DNA of 64,000 nucleotides from an uncultured Alphaproteobacteria bacterium (GTDB lineage Bacteria; Pseudomonadota; Alphaproteobacteria; Rhizobiales; Xanthobacteraceae): NCBI GenBank assembly GCA_963814885.1, contig CAWFEO010000003.1, positions 4,973 to 68,972 of the forward strand, read 5' to 3'. Shown piece by piece: positions 63,291 to 64,000 of this stretch (position 1 is its first letter; each line of letters starts with the position of its first letter). The notes under the pieces were generated by a model. It saw only the letters and a program-made list of their open reading frames with translations, ran no database searches and was not told where the DNA came from. The position numbers and the translations under genes were made by a program.

Positions 63291-64000
63291 GGGCAAAAAT
63301 GACGCGCTACCCGGCGGGCTTGGCGCGCGGCGTCGCGATCGCGCTTGCCCTGTGGCTTACGGCCTGCACCAGCACGCCCGACAACAAGCAGATCTCGCTG
63401 CAACTGCCACAGCTCGCGCTGCCGCACGCAACCGCGCGCGTCGAGCAGCCGTCGGCGGAGCAGCGTGAGAACGCGCGCATCCTCGCCTCGTATGGCGGCG
63501 TCTACAAGAATCCCCAGCTGCACGCGATGATCAGCCAAATGGTGGGCCGGCTGGTGGCGGCATCGGAGCGGCCGAACCTGAAATACGAGGTGACGCTGCT
63601 CAATTCGCCGGCAATCAACGCCTTTGCACTGCCGAACGGCCATCTCTATGTCACGCGCGGCTTGATCTTGCTCGCCAACGACAAGGCGGAGATTGCCTCA
63701 GTGCTGGCGCACGAGATGGGCCACGTCATTGCGAGCCATGCCGCGATCCGTGAGGAGCAGGCGCGGCAGGCCGCCCTGGTGAGCCACGTGGTCAGCGAAG
63801 TGCTCAGCGATCCGCAAATGGGGGCGTTGGCACTCGCCAAATCGAAGCTGGCGATGGCGAGCTTCTCGCGCGCGCAGGAATTCGAAGCCGACGGTATCGG
63901 CGTCGGCATCTCGGCACGCGCCGGCTTCGATCCGTATGGCGCTTCGCGCTTTCTCACCGACATGCAGCGCAATGCCGACTTAAAATCGGGCAAGCACAAT
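63287..64000 (+). CDS. M48-family metallopeptidase lipoprotein (BepA-like), truncated by window end
   Basis: Manual translation from ATG 63287: lipobox LTAC, INAFALPNGHLYVTRGL, HEMGH, FSRAQEFEAD. Confidence 0.9.
   Translation, partial: MRAKMTRYPAGLARGVAIALALWLTACTSTPDNKQISLQLPQLALPHATARVEQPSAEQRENARILASYGGVYKNPQLHAMISQMVGRLVAASERPNLKYEVTLLNSPAINAFALPNGHLYVTRGLILLANDKAEIASVLAHEMGHVIASHAAIREEQARQAALVSHVVSEVLSDPQMGALALAKSKLAMASFSRAQEFEADGIGVGISARAGFDPYGASRFLTDMQRNADLKSGKHN

Noticed and set aside
1-64000. Intact IS elements, prophage structural genes, rRNA or defence systems
   Set aside because: No transposase, terminal inverted repeat pair, capsid/terminase, rRNA-like or recognisable defence gene was found by inspection

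Overview
A visibly GC-rich window, most likely from a Hyphomicrobiales (Rhizobiales) alphaproteobacterium; the taxon is inferred from gene content, REP-like palindromes and an extended IF-1 paralogue. Left to right it contains: (1) 1-7.7 kb, an uncharacterised organic-acid catabolic cluster (SDR, MmgE/PrpD, Fe3+/polyamine-type ABC importer, enoyl-CoA hydratase, CoA-transferase III). (2) 8-12.5 kb, RhlE-like DEAD-box helicase, IF-1 paralogue, FUSC protein and S10 peptidase. (3) 12.5-30.8 kb, an organosulfonate locus: NitT/TauT ABC importer, two oxidoreductases, LysR, pta divergent from a citrate-synthase-family gene, a TTT transporter, IclR, xsc, a SauS-like acylating dehydrogenase and an ADP-forming CoA ligase. 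(4) 33.8-40 kb, a soxX-Y-Z-A-K-B operon followed by two exported DsrE proteins and a GlcG/HbpS protein, and preceded only by a decayed soxD-like pseudogene; no soxC is in the window. (5) 40.2-55.8 kb, the most intriguing block: CHASE2 adenylate cyclase, T1SS, a FecR/NIDO/VCBS adhesin-like passenger, a LapG-like BTLCP protease, an MBL hydrolase and four different cNMP-binding proteins. This is a candidate cAMP-governed Lap-like adhesion system (inference). (6) 55.9-62.3 kb, a decayed genomic island in the 3' end of tRNA-Arg(CCT), with an att direct repeat, integrase and SRAP remnants, and TauD-LysR-TTT cargo. (7) An SNase-like gene and a truncated M48 peptidase. Family calls come from motif recognition in the translations; no database searches were run.
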